The notes beneath the pieces were generated by a model, which did no database searches, had not been told where the DNA came from, and was given only the letters and a program-made list of their open reading frames with translations. Shown here one piece after another: positions 29,634-40,479 of a stretch of DNA of 64,000 nt. This DNA is from an uncultured Spirochaetota bacterium (lineage in GTDB: Bacteria; Spirochaetota; Brevinematia; Brevinematales; JAOACQ01), in assembly GCA_963783575.1 (NCBI GenBank), contig CAWAOD010000010.1, positions 64,001 through 128,000 of the forward strand, read 5' to 3'. Positions within the stretch are counted from its first letter, which is position 1; each line of letters opens with the position of its first letter. The position numbers and the translations under genes are program-made.

Positions 29634-30500
29634 ATGCTTACTCCAAAAAAAGAAACCGCGGCTCTTCTTCTTTCATGTCCCGATCAAAAGGGAATTGTGG
29701 CGGAAATATCAAGCTTTATATATCAATATAATGGAAATATCATTCATTCCGACCAGCACACCGACTTTGAAACCAACACTTTTTTTATGCGAATAGAATG
29801 GGAACTTGAGGGTTTTCAAATCCCGTCAAATAAAATCGGCGATGCTTTCAGTTTAATAGCCGGAAAATTTAAAATGGACTGGTCACTCCATTTTTCAACA
29901 ACAATTCCGCGTTTAGCGGTTATGGTTTCACAGCTTGACCACTGTCTTTTTGAAATTATGCTGAAGGTTAAAGCAGGCGAGTTGAAGGCCGAAATTCCGG
30001 TTATAATAAGCAATCATGACTCGCTTAAGCCTGTTGCCGATTATTTTCAAACGGATTTTATTTATCTTCCGGTCAATAAACAAAACAAAGCCGATATTGA
30101 AAATCAGGAAATCGAACTTTTAAAGAAATACAGGATTGATGCAGTTATACTTGCAAGATATATGCAGATCCTTAGCACCGGTTTTATTAACGAATTCTCC
30201 AACCGAATCATAAATATACACCATTCCTTTCTTCCGGCCTTCGTCGGCGCGAAGCCTTACCACCAGGCTTATAATCGCGGAGTAAAGCTGATTGGCGCAA
30301 CCAGTCATTATGTCACCGCCGAGCTTGATAACGGGCCCATTATAGAACAGGATGTAATAAGAATAAGCCACAGGGATTCGCTTGAAGACCTGATCAGGAA
30401 AGGAAAAGAGCTTGAAAAGATCGTACTTACAAGAGCGGTCAAATACCATCTTGAAAACAAAACCCTGATCTTTGGAAATAAGACAGTAATTTTTGATTAG
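29634..30500 (+). CDS. purU: Formyltetrahydrofolate deformylase
   Basis: ACT domain SCPDQKGIV; LARYMQILS; INIHHSFLPAFVGAKPY. Confidence 0.97.
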   Translation: MLTPKKETAALLLSCPDQKGIVAEISSFIYQYNGNIIHSDQHTDFETNTFFMRIEWELEGFQIPSNKIGDAFSLIAGKFKMDWSLHFSTTIPRLAVMVSQLDHCLFEIMLKVKAGELKAEIPVIISNHDSLKPVADYFQTDFIYLPVNKQNKADIENQEIELLKKYRIDAVILARYMQILSTGFINEFSNRIINIHHSFLPAFVGAKPYHQAYNRGVKLIGATSHYVTAELDNGPIIEQDVIRISHRDSLEDLIRKGKELEKIVLTRAVKYHLENKTLIFGNKTVIFD

Positions 30501-30788
30501 CATTGGAATCAGGAACAGCATAATGCTGTGCTCAAATAAATTGTAACTATTGTAAAGTATTTAGATCCTTCCGGTTTTTGCATACTTTTTGCAACTTTTA
30601 AGAGAATATTTTCAGTTGCGAGTATGCGTGTTTTTTACTGGAAGGCAGGAAGGAGCCTTGACACGAATGGATTCGGCATAACTCACCACAAGCTGTACTA
30701 CTTAACACGAATAAAACTAAATTAGCGATAATTCGTGTAATAAGTGGCTACTTATCCGCCGTAGTCTCATATATTAAAATATGATTTA

Positions 30789-31895
30789 TTGTATGGTGGG
30801 CAAACGGGAGTAAATGTGAAATTTCTAAATTTGAAAAATGGAAAATGGCTTTATTATTTGTTTATTATAAGTTTTCTAATCACCGCTGATGCTAAACTTT
30901 TCGGATGGAGAAGCTTTTCACGTTATAACCTGGGAGCCGATGCCGACGGAGTCGGAGGGGCTTATGTCGGAGATTCCTCCTCCGAGATAGCTATGAATTA
31001 CAATCCGGCCGGGCTTGTACAGCTTGATAATAACTGGATTGACAGCCGTCTGACAACAAAATCACCTTCGAACCATAACTGTTTCTTAATGTATGAAGTT
31101 TCATCAAGCGTCCGGATTCTTGATATCCTGGCATGGAATGTTTCTTTCAAATTCAATTATTTCCCGTTTTTCGGCATAGCTTACTCTCTCGGCAAAATCA
31201 AGGTCGGAGCATCCGTTTCGACGGTTTTCGATTCAGACGGAATACTAAGCGATCTTTCGGTACGTTCGGTGAAGGCGACATTCGCATATCCATTACTGGA
31301 TAACCTGGCCATAGGATTCGGAATCGGGCCGGTTATCGCAACGGAAAGCAGCGGTAGCGGATATTCCTATGATTATAATATCGGGCTTCTCTGGAAGGCT
31401 TTCGATAAAATCCAGTTCGGAATAAATTATAATTCGCCGATAAACATTACATGGACAAAAACCATAGCCGGAACTTCATTAAAGGAAAACTACCCCTTCA
31501 TCGCCGAGATTGGAATGAGCTATCTTGTTAACGACAGGCTCTTTTTCTATTCCGATTTTGATTATACGGATATTGACAGTATAAAATATATTCTTGACGG
31601 CAATGATTATTCCCCTCATTTCGACAACAATATTTTTTCAAGACTGCATCCCCACCTGGGAATCAGATTCCTTGAGGAAAATACCGGTGCCCATATCAGC
31701 CTTGGCTTTATGTTTAACAGCTCTTATTATGAAAGCGGAAGCGTTAATCAATACCTCATAACCGCAGGTATTCGGGCCTATGGGCAGAATGTTATCTACA
31801 GGGCTTCAATTATAGATTCTCTCCTTTTTGGCCTTTTTTATCCTGACAACATTCCGAACGAGCAAATCAATGTAAGCTTTAGTTTCTTACTTTAA
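30789..31895 (+). CDS. Outer-membrane beta-barrel protein (FadL/PorV-like)
   Basis: GA...GGAY......YNPAGL N-terminal motif; C-terminal aromatic strand; start uncertain. Confidence 0.6.
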   Translation: MYGGQTGVNVKFLNLKNGKWLYYLFIISFLITADAKLFGWRSFSRYNLGADADGVGGAYVGDSSSEIAMNYNPAGLVQLDNNWIDSRLTTKSPSNHNCFLMYEVSSSVRILDILAWNVSFKFNYFPFFGIAYSLGKIKVGASVSTVFDSDGILSDLSVRSVKATFAYPLLDNLAIGFGIGPVIATESSGSGYSYDYNIGLLWKAFDKIQFGINYNSPINITWTKTIAGTSLKENYPFIAEIGMSYLVNDRLFFYSDFDYTDIDSIKYILDGNDYSPHFDNNIFSRLHPHLGIRFLEENTGAHISLGFMFNSSYYESGSVNQYLITAGIRAYGQNVIYRASIIDSLLFGLFYPDNIPNEQINVSFSFLL

Positions 31896-32294
31896 TAATC
31901 AAATCATAAAAAATATTTTTTATTTTTGAATCCTTTTTACAAAAATATTCCTTATATAAATTAATACCATTATTATAAACCGGGTTATTTTATTTTATAC
32001 AGCAATTTTTATAATAATGTCGCTTTCATTTCTTGAATTTCTTAAAATTCAATGATATAGGTTATGGGAACAGTTATTATGCCGCGGCTTTAAAAAGTGT
32101 GCTAACAAACAGGTATAATTTCTTTTTTGTGTGATCCTTAAAATAAGGAAGGATGGTTAAACTGAATTATGGCTGTATATTCAAAACGGTTCAAACAATG
32201 CCGTCATTAATTCTTCTCAAACCTTCAGGCTATTGGTAAATATGCCGCTTTATGACTGCAAGCCGAAATAATTATTTTTTAATTTATTTTTTGC

Positions 32295-32351
32295 TTGACA
32301 AAATATTTAACCCACTGTATATTAATATGCGGACGGACTTGTCCGTCCGCA
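32295..32351 (+). promoter_or_regulatory. sigma70 promoter plus palindromic TetR operator
   Basis: TTGACA-17bp-TATATT, then TGCGGACGGAC-TT-GTCCGTCCGCA (32328-32351). Confidence 0.8.
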
Positions 32352-32377
32352 AGAGAAAGCATTCATAAGGAATTTTA

Positions 32378-33037
32378 ATGGATTATACTGAAAAATTTAA
32401 CCAACTTACTGATATTGAAAAAAAAATTCTGGATGCATCAAAAATAGAATTCGAAAATATGGGGTATCATAAAGCCAGTGTTGATGAGATCGCAAAAAAT
32501 CTCCAGATCGGAAAGGGTACTATTTACCGCCATTTCGGGACAAAGTTTAAGCTATTTATTTCGGTTATATTTGAAATCCTAAGTAAGCTAATTGACCAGA
32601 TTAACGAAGTGGTTCAAATTTCCGATTTCAACGAGGCATACTCAAAATTTATAGATAAAGTGATCGAAGCGAATCAAAGGCTTGGAAAACTTATCTCAAG
32701 CGTCAATCTTGAAGAAAACAGCATAGAATTCAGTAAAGAATTGACAAATGACGAGGAATCCCGTACTATTTTTAAAACCGTGATGTGCAAACAGGAATCC
32801 AGCATTTTAGTCTTGAAAGAAATTCTGGAAAGAGGAAAGAAGACGGGAGTAATCTACCCCGATATCCAAACTCAAATACAGGCGGAAATCATTTATACCG
32901 CTTTGAACGGCTTTATAAGGAAAATGATATCCCACAGAGGTTTAAACAAAGACCTGGCTTATAAAAGCAATTTTTCGATCGAAGAGGGTTTGCCGGAATT
33001 AAAGAAATTCTTATTTCGCAGTATAGGTTTAAGATAG
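32378..33037 (+). CDS. TetR/AcrR-family regulator
   Basis: GYHKASVDEIAKNLQIGKGTIYRHFGTK. Confidence 0.92.
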   Translation: MDYTEKFNQLTDIEKKILDASKIEFENMGYHKASVDEIAKNLQIGKGTIYRHFGTKFKLFISVIFEILSKLIDQINEVVQISDFNEAYSKFIDKVIEANQRLGKLISSVNLEENSIEFSKELTNDEESRTIFKTVMCKQESSILVLKEILERGKKTGVIYPDIQTQIQAEIIYTALNGFIRKMISHRGLNKDLAYKSNFSIEEGLPELKKFLFRSIGLR

Positions 33038-33167
33038 AATAATTTATTCTGAATTATTACGGATTTTGCATCTTTTTTTGATATTTTATCTTATCCTGGT
33101 AGTAACTTTTTTCCAGGGACGGGATACTGTATTATATTTATTAAATTTTTAGAAACAGGAGAATATT

Positions 33168-34538
33168 ATGAAACAATTTATAATATTGATAATTCTTATA
33201 GCTTTGTCGCAAATCATTTATGCAGGCGATATTCAAACTATAACTATCAGTAATGCAATTGATCTGGCATTAAAAAACAACCTGGATCTCAGGCAGGCCG
33301 AAAAAGACGTGACAATAGCCCAGGCCCAGTATGGTGAAAGCTTTGCCGACTTTTCCCTTCCTGGTGTGGCTTTGAACGGGAGTTTTACCCTTTTAGACCC
33401 TTTGACTGTCAGTAACGGTATAGTTAATAGCCCCAGCGGCTATGGTGTAAAGGGGAATGTCGTATATCCCACCGGCTTCAGTACGATATCAAATGTCTAC
33501 CCTGATAACTATTCCGGAGGTGTAACAATAAGCAAGGCTTTATTCACCGGTTTCAAGTTATGGAACCTTCTTGAGATCAAGCAGATGAACCTTGATCTTG
33601 CAAAGAAAAAATATGATGACACAAAGAGCTTAATTACATATAACACGGCTGTTTCCTTTTATAATATAATGGTACTCAGGGAAAACATTAAACTTACCCA
33701 GGACCTTGACCGCCAGCTTTCAAACCAGCTCCAGTCCGCTATTATCGGTTATAATAACGGAATTGTCTCGGAACTGGACAGGGTTCGGGCCGAAGTCCTT
33801 TATGAAAACAATATGCCTTTCCTGCTACAGGCTACAAATTCTTACATCCAGTCAAGCATCGCCCTCTGCAACCTGATTGGAGTTAAAGATTATTCGACAG
33901 TAGTATTCCTGGGAGATTTAATGGACTACACAAATGTGGTTTTTACCAATAATAATGAAACCGATGTCATTAATATGGCATTATCAAACAGTATCGACCT
34001 GCTGAGTATTGATTATGCTTTAAGGATCATTGATTTGAATAAAAAGGTCAATGAGGGGAATTATTACCCTACTCTTTCGGCCTCTTTCAATTTCCAGGAC
34101 GCTTATAAAAGGCAGTTCACTGATACCAATAGAAATTGGTGGCCCAGCTGGACGGCCGGTCTGCAACTTTCATACGCTTTAGACACTTTTATCCCAATTT
34201 CGAAAACGGTAAAAACAAGCCAGGAATTTGATGAAACAATAACAAAAAATAAATTAGCCCGTCAGGAAATTTCCGATGGTCTTATACTTCAGGTTAAAAC
34301 TCTACTGCTACAGCTCGACCAGTCAAAACAAAGTATTTCAAGCCAGCAAAAGGGCTTAAAACAGGCCCAGCTCGGGTTAAAGCTGGCTAATGACCAATAC
34401 CAGGCAGGCCAGGCTTCATCATTAAATCTTTCCGATGCTCAGGCCTCGTATACGCAAGCCATGCAGAACTACCTGCAAGCCGTTTACGGTTATTTCTCAA
34501 GTATTTTAAGATTAAAACGCTTAATCGGTGAAAATTAA
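33168..34538 (+). CDS. TolC-family outer-membrane efflux protein
   Basis: Signal peptide; AIDLALKNN.DL; YYPTLS; duplicated OEP halves; operon context. Confidence 0.88.
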   Translation: MKQFIILIILIALSQIIYAGDIQTITISNAIDLALKNNLDLRQAEKDVTIAQAQYGESFADFSLPGVALNGSFTLLDPLTVSNGIVNSPSGYGVKGNVVYPTGFSTISNVYPDNYSGGVTISKALFTGFKLWNLLEIKQMNLDLAKKKYDDTKSLITYNTAVSFYNIMVLRENIKLTQDLDRQLSNQLQSAIIGYNNGIVSELDRVRAEVLYENNMPFLLQATNSYIQSSIALCNLIGVKDYSTVVFLGDLMDYTNVVFTNNNETDVINMALSNSIDLLSIDYALRIIDLNKKVNEGNYYPTLSASFNFQDAYKRQFTDTNRNWWPSWTAGLQLSYALDTFIPISKTVKTSQEFDETITKNKLARQEISDGLILQVKTLLLQLDQSKQSISSQQKGLKQAQLGLKLANDQYQAGQASSLNLSDAQASYTQAMQNYLQAVYGYFSSILRLKRLIGEN

Positions 34539-34572
34539 ATAGAGTTTAAATAAATTTAATAGGAGTTTAAAT

Positions 34573-35489
34573 ATGGATAGTAAAAAGACTAAGGGCAGAA
34601 AAAGAAATTTGATCATAGTCGCTTTAATTCTGGTTGTTGCAATCGGGGGATTAACTTATTATAGAATTAACCTGAAGATCATTCAAAATTCTAAAAAAAC
34701 AACCGCCATTGTATATAATGTCGGTTCTATGATATTAAAAAAGCAATGGTTAACTCAAACTCTATCTTTTCAGGGCCTGATCCAGGGCGATCCCCAGGTC
34801 AAGATTTATCCGCAGGTCGGCGGGATATTTGAATACAATACTGTGCTGGAAGGCGCTTATGTTACAAATAACCAGCCCGTATCATTTATCGACCGGAATA
34901 TAATTGGCCAGGATTATAAACTTGCCCCTGTCAATTCAACCATTAACGGCATTGTGACTAAATTGTATTATATTGATAAGGGATCCCGGTCGGAACCGAT
35001 AAACCTATAGCAGTTGTTGCCGACACAAACAACATAAAAGTTGTCCTGAATGTAGGCGAAAATGATCTTTTGAAGATCAAAGAGGGTATGCCTGCAACAA
35101 TATATTATGCAAATGATAAAAGTATTTCAATAAACGGAACTGTTTATACAGTCACTCCTTTTGTTGACAGCGATACCCTGTCAGGGAACGTAACCGTTAG
35201 GAATGTTAATAAAAAGTCAATTCTTAAATTAGGCATGTCTGTTTTAGTCGATATCACAATTGGAAAAATATTTGCATTTGTCGTTCCCGAAGAATCCGTA
35301 GTTGCATCACTGGATGAGATTTATATATTCATCAATGATCATGGAAAAGCCAAGCAGGTAAATATAACAAGAGGATATTCCTATAACGGTATGGTCGAAA
35401 TCAACGGTAATCTCAATGAAGGTGATGAAGTTTTAACAAAGGGAGCCTTTAAAATCAATGACGGAGATCCTATAAAAACTTCTCAGTAA
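34573..35489 (+). pseudogene. RND periplasmic adaptor (copy 1), 1-bp deletion near 34985
   Basis: Two ORFs that together align to the intact paralog 39455..40369; GGATCCCGGTC lacks one C. Confidence 0.85.
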
Positions 35490-35532
35490 TTTTAAATGCT
35501 TTTATGAAATAGGTAAAAAAAGGAGAAAATTT

Positions 35533-38500
35533 ATGAATATAGCTGGTTTAGCGATAAAAAGACCTGTATTTGTAGTAATGATCGTATTATCAATCCTTAC
35601 ACTCGGGCTTGTCGGTTACAGCCGCCTGCCTGTGGACCTTCTTCCGAATATTGATTTCCCGAATATTTTCGTGGTAACTCAATATCCCGGGGCATCATCT
35701 GACGAAATCGAACAGCTCATTACCAAACCTATGGAAAACGCACTTGCCGGCGTGGAAGACCTGGATACGCTTGCATCAATTTCAAGAGAGGGGATGTCGC
35801 TTGTTATTGTAACTTTTACATCTTCTGCGGACATTAAATACGCCGAGTTAACAGTAAGAGAAAAAGTCGGGCAGGCCATGAGTACGCTTACACCTGCGGT
35901 TCTGTCTTCTATTTCGCAGCCGGTTATCGGCCGCGCTTCAACGGAAGATATGCCGATTATCTATATGGCTTTAAAAGGGAACCGCGATCTTGCGGATTTG
36001 AGGGAAATATTCGAGGATATTGCCCAGCCTAGAATTCAGGCTGTTGATGGTGTCGGACAGGTTACTGTTATCGGCGCACGTTTAAAAGTTATTAACCTTA
36101 CCGTAGACAAAACATTACTGGCGGCCAACGGCCTCACGTATAACCAAGTTGTTAATGCCCTTTCTTTAAGGAATGTCAGCTTCCCTTCAGGTCAGATCTA
36201 TGAATCGGAGAAATGGATTAATGTAAGGGTATTGGGTTTGGCTGAAAATTATAAGGATTTTGGCGATATATCCTTAACAACCTCAACAGGCAGAATCCTG
36301 CGTATAAAGGATATTGCAAAAGTGGAAGTTAAGCTGGAAGATGAGGCAACAAGGGCAAAAGTAAATAAAGAAAACGCCTGTATGGTAGTAATTTATAAAC
36401 AGAGCGGGGGGAATACCGTTGGGGTGTCTGAAAACCTGAAAAACGCCTTACCCGATATCCAGAAGGTCCTTCCAAAAGGAGTTTCACTGAAGATGGTAAG
36501 CGACTCCTCAAAATTCATCAAAAGAAGCGTTAACGGCGTTCAGCAGGACATCCTTTTCGGCGCTTTTCTCGCAATTGTTATTGTATGGCTATTTTTGGGT
36601 AACTTCCGTTCAACAATCATTACGGCAATCGCTCTTCCAAACTCGCTTCTCGGAGCATTCTTCCTTGTTTATATCGCTGGTTTCACGATCAACACTATGA
36701 CTTTACTTTCCCTATCACTGGCAGTAGGGTTATTAATAGATGATTCCATAGTTGTACGTGAAAATATATTCAGGCATATTGAGGAAGGTGAAGAGCCGAA
36801 GGTGGCTGCAGAGAAAGGGACTAATGAAGTTGCGCTTGCAGTTATCTCAACAACTCTTTCCATCCTTGCGGTATTTATACCGATATCTTTCCTTTCCGGG
36901 GTTGTCGGGCAATTCTTCCGCGAATTCGGTTTGACTGTAGCATTCGCCCTTATGGTATCGCTGGTAGACGCTTTTACATCGGCTCCGATGCTTTCAGCTT
37001 ACTGGTATAAAAAATCCGATCCGAAGAACGCGAGAGGGATCAGCAGGTTTTTTAATAATCTGAGTTCGGGATGGAATAAATTCTACGATTGGCTAAACAG
37101 CCTTTACAAGGATATTTTAAACTGGAGTTTGAGACATAAAGCGCCGGTATTAATCGGGGTTATCCTGCTTTTTGCTTTCAGCATATATGTATCGAGGTTC
37201 ATCGGCCAGAACTTTATGTCTTCTACAGACAGCGGTTCTTTTAATATTAATCTGGAAACATACCCGGGGGCGCCCCTGGACAAAATTGATTATTATATCT
37301 CCGATGTGGAGAATTTTTTATCCAGGCAGAAAGATGTCGAAACTTATTACAGCCAGGTTGGAGCGCAGGGGCAAAGCCAGATAGCTTCAGTTTACGTGGA
37401 TATGAAGGATTTAAAACAGAGAAAATTATCTACCGAAGGTTTAATATCGATCGTGAGGAAATATATCAGGGGAAAATATGACAGGGACATAAAATACAGA
37501 TTGACGCAATCCGCATTTTACGGCGGTACGGGCGGAGGTTTGGGCGGGGGCGGAGGCGGAAACTCCCCCATTTATTTAAATATAGCCGGCCCCGATCTTT
37601 CAGTTCTTGCCGGGTTGTCTCAGACTATTTACAGGATTGCGCAGCAGACTCCGGGGGCCGTCGATCTGGCATCCACATATAAACCAGGCGCCCCTGAATT
37701 TGTTGTTAAAGTAGATAACATGAAGGCGGAACAGATGGGGATATCCGCCCAGACATTGGGGCTTACTTTAAGGGATCTGATCGCAGGTAACATTATTTCG
37801 GAATTTACCCTTGGAGATAGGAATTATGATGTCATCATCCGAATGGATGAAAATGATAGAAAAACCATTGATGATATTCGTAGCATTCAACTTACAACAA
37901 GAACCGGTCAGAAAGTCCCATTATCGGCAATCGCAAATTTTACCTATTCTTCAGCGCCGCTCAGCATTAACCGTGAGAATAAGCAGCGTATTGTTAGAAT
38001 AGTCGGGAATATTGAGCCCGGGCATTCTCTTTCCGAGGTAATTGCAAATTTGACAAAATCCATCGATAAGAGTGTACCTTTCCCGCCCGGGTACAGCTAT
38101 TACTTTGCGGGTCAGCAGAAACAGTTTAAAGACCTGGCCGTTCAAATGGTTCTGGCAATGGGTCTGGCATTGCTGTTTATGTATATGATTCTCGCTTCTC
38201 TCTATAACAATTTCTTACAGCCTTTGATTCTTATGCTTTCCATTCCGCTCGCAATCATAGGCGCTTTCCTGGCCTTGATTATTACAGGTACCGACCTTGA
38301 CATATACGGTTACATCGGTTTACTGATGGTATTCGGCCTGGTTGCCAAAAACGCAATTTTGCTTATTGACTTTACTAACAAAAAGCGTGAGGAAGGCATG
38401 TCGATCCGGGAGGCGTTATTGCATTCCGGTCCTTTGAGACTGCGGCCTATTCTGATGACAAGTTTCGCAATTATCTTTGGAATGCTCCCGATGGCTCTGG

Positions 38501-38679
38501 GTTTGAACGAAGGTTCGAGAGGCAGGCAGGCTCTTCCCATTACTGTAATCGGCGGTATTTTGACTTCGACCTTCTTGACGCTTGTTGTTGTACCTGTGGT
38601 TTATGAATGGGTTGAGAAAGCCCTGGAAAACAGAAAATTGAGAAAATTAGAGAATAAAGAATCGCATCAAACCATATAA
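35533..38679 (+). CDS. RND efflux permease (AcrB/AcrD/AcrF family), copy 1
   Basis: IKRPVF, GLLIDDSIVVRENI, RLRPILMT; 1048 aa. Confidence 0.95.
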   Translation: MNIAGLAIKRPVFVVMIVLSILTLGLVGYSRLPVDLLPNIDFPNIFVVTQYPGASSDEIEQLITKPMENALAGVEDLDTLASISREGMSLVIVTFTSSADIKYAELTVREKVGQAMSTLTPAVLSSISQPVIGRASTEDMPIIYMALKGNRDLADLREIFEDIAQPRIQAVDGVGQVTVIGARLKVINLTVDKTLLAANGLTYNQVVNALSLRNVSFPSGQIYESEKWINVRVLGLAENYKDFGDISLTTSTGRILRIKDIAKVEVKLEDEATRAKVNKENACMVVIYKQSGGNTVGVSENLKNALPDIQKVLPKGVSLKMVSDSSKFIKRSVNGVQQDILFGAFLAIVIVWLFLGNFRSTIITAIALPNSLLGAFFLVYIAGFTINTMTLLSLSLAVGLLIDDSIVVRENIFRHIEEGEEPKVAAEKGTNEVALAVISTTLSILAVFIPISFLSGVVGQFFREFGLTVAFALMVSLVDAFTSAPMLSAYWYKKSDPKNARGISRFFNNLSSGWNKFYDWLNSLYKDILNWSLRHKAPVLIGVILLFAFSIYVSRFIGQNFMSSTDSGSFNINLETYPGAPLDKIDYYISDVENFLSRQKDVETYYSQVGAQGQSQIASVYVDMKDLKQRKLSTEGLISIVRKYIRGKYDRDIKYRLTQSAFYGGTGGGLGGGGGGNSPIYLNIAGPDLSVLAGLSQTIYRIAQQTPGAVDLASTYKPGAPEFVVKVDNMKAEQMGISAQTLGLTLRDLIAGNIISEFTLGDRNYDVIIRMDENDRKTIDDIRSIQLTTRTGQKVPLSAIANFTYSSAPLSINRENKQRIVRIVGNIEPGHSLSEVIANLTKSIDKSVPFPPGYSYYFAGQQKQFKDLAVQMVLAMGLALLFMYMILASLYNNFLQPLILMLSIPLAIIGAFLALIITGTDLDIYGYIGLLMVFGLVAKNAILLIDFTNKKREEGMSIREALLHSGPLRLRPILMTSFAIIFGMLPMALGLNEGSRGRQALPITVIGGILTSTFLTLVVVPVVYEWVEKALENRKLRKLENKESHQTI

Positions 38680-38686
38680 TTTAAGC

Positions 38687-38715
38687 AGGGGCGGGTTAAT
38701 CCCGCCCCTTTTTTT
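38687..38715 (+). terminator. Intrinsic terminator
   Basis: AGGGGCGGG-TTAAT-CCCGCCCCT plus T-tract. Confidence 0.85.
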
Positions 38716-38843
38716 ATTTGCAAATCAATTATCTCTCACCAATATCTTTTTCGATTTACAGCCACATCATAAAACACAAGCATTTCAAAAAGTGAAGCAT
38801 AATTAATCAGTCACTATTTATCATAATCAGCTATATATTATTT

Positions 38844-38895
38844 GCCACTAATTTCACTAATTCAATAATTCGCGTTAATTAGTGTAATTAGCGGC
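38844..38895. repeat. REP-like imperfect palindrome
   Basis: GCCACTAATTTCACTAATT...AATTAGTGTAATTAGCGGC; related sequence at ~30702-30750. Confidence 0.5.
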
Positions 38896-39454
38896 TAAAA
38901 AACCGAGACTTTTATAGCAGATTCATACGGCCGAATAGTTATAATGATACTTTGAAGCATTTGAAAAGACAATTAATTAGAAATAATGTACTTGACAATT
39001 AAAATAAAAAGTATTAGCTTAACAGTAAGATGATAAATTTTAATGCAATAAGTAGAATTAAATCAATTGCAACTTTATTAAATTCAATAAACTTATATTT
39101 ATAAGACGGATTTATAATTATTATAGTTTAATTTAAATCAAAAGAAACTTTTCGAAGGGGGCAATATGAAACGAAAAGTTTTCATTTTGATTTTAACCGT
39201 TAATGTAAAATTGGTTAAAACAGATAAGTTCATTTACAGCTTGACAAATCATTCATTAAAGATATTAAATCTTCATCAATACCGGTTGGGGGAAAAACCA
39301 TCCGGCTCAGTAATTTCCGAATCCAAAGCATCTTATTTATTCCCAAAAACATCTGATCGGATAACAAAAATACAGCCTATAAAATGGCCCGGTTTCCTTA
39401 AAGTAATATTATTTAAATATTTAATCATAAATCAAAATATTAAGGAGTATTTAT

Positions 39455-40369
39455 ATGAGTAACAAACAAAACAATAACGGGAAAAGAAATTTGATAGTAG
39501 TGGTTTTAATTCTGGCAGCAATCGGGGGATTTGCCTATTACAGGGTTAATCAGAATCTTATTCAAAATTCTAAAAGAAATTCCGCTACAGTTTATAACGT
39601 GGAATCAATAATATTGAAAAAACAATGGTTGATACAGACTCTTTCTTTTGAAGGTCTGATTGAGGGTGACCCGCAGGTTAAAATCTATCCGCAGGTTAGC
39701 GGAATCTTCGATTACAATACAGTGCTGGAAGGCGCTTATGTAACCAATGATCAGCCGATCTCTTTTATCGACCGCAATCTCGTCGGACAGGACTTTAAAC
39801 TGGCTCCTGTAAGCTCCACAATCAACGGAATAGTTACCAAGCTTTATTATATGGATAAAGGCGCACCGGTTGGAACTGATAATCCGGTAGCCGTAGTAGC
39901 AGATACGAACAAAATAAAAGTTGTTTTGAATGTCGGGGAAAACGACCTTTTAAAGATTAAAGAGGGCATGCCGGCAAAAATATATTATGCAAACGATAAA
40001 AGTATCTCATTGGAAGGATCGGTTTATACGGTAACCCCCTTTGTCGACAGCGACACTTTATCCGGGAATGTGACGGTAAGAACAATCAATAATAGTTCAA
40101 TCATTAAAATCGGTATGTCTGTAATAGTGGAAATTACCATAGGAAAAATCTTCGCTTTTGTTGTTCCGGAAGAATCCATAGTCTCTGCATTGGATGAGAT
40201 TAATATATTTGTCAATGACCATGGAAAAGCAAGGCAGGTAACTATAACGAAAGGATATGCCTATAACGGCCTGGTCGAAATTAAAGGCGACCTGCAGGAA
40301 GGAGATGCGGTAATTACAAAAGGCGCCTTCAAGATTAATGACGGCGATATGATAAATACAACCCGATAA
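39455..40369 (+). CDS. RND periplasmic adaptor (copy 2)
   Basis: N-terminal TM anchor; lipoyl-like APVSSTINGIV; directly upstream of AcrB. Confidence 0.88.
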   Translation: MSNKQNNNGKRNLIVVVLILAAIGGFAYYRVNQNLIQNSKRNSATVYNVESIILKKQWLIQTLSFEGLIEGDPQVKIYPQVSGIFDYNTVLEGAYVTNDQPISFIDRNLVGQDFKLAPVSSTINGIVTKLYYMDKGAPVGTDNPVAVVADTNKIKVVLNVGENDLLKIKEGMPAKIYYANDKSISLEGSVYTVTPFVDSDTLSGNVTVRTINNSSIIKIGMSVIVEITIGKIFAFVVPEESIVSALDEINIFVNDHGKARQVTITKGYAYNGLVEIKGDLQEGDAVITKGAFKINDGDMINTTR

Positions 40370-40479
40370 AGTACCCCGCAGTATACTGTGAGGCATTATA
40401 ACTCCTTAAAACTGAGGTAATTGGGTCAAGCGGCATGCTTGTTTAATGTTTTTTTAAAAAAATAACAAGGAGAAAGTTT

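Noticed and set aside
39166..39462. 98-aa ORF upstream of the second RND adaptor
   Set aside because: No recognisable motif; it overlaps a likely promoter (TTGACA at 39241), so probably spurious
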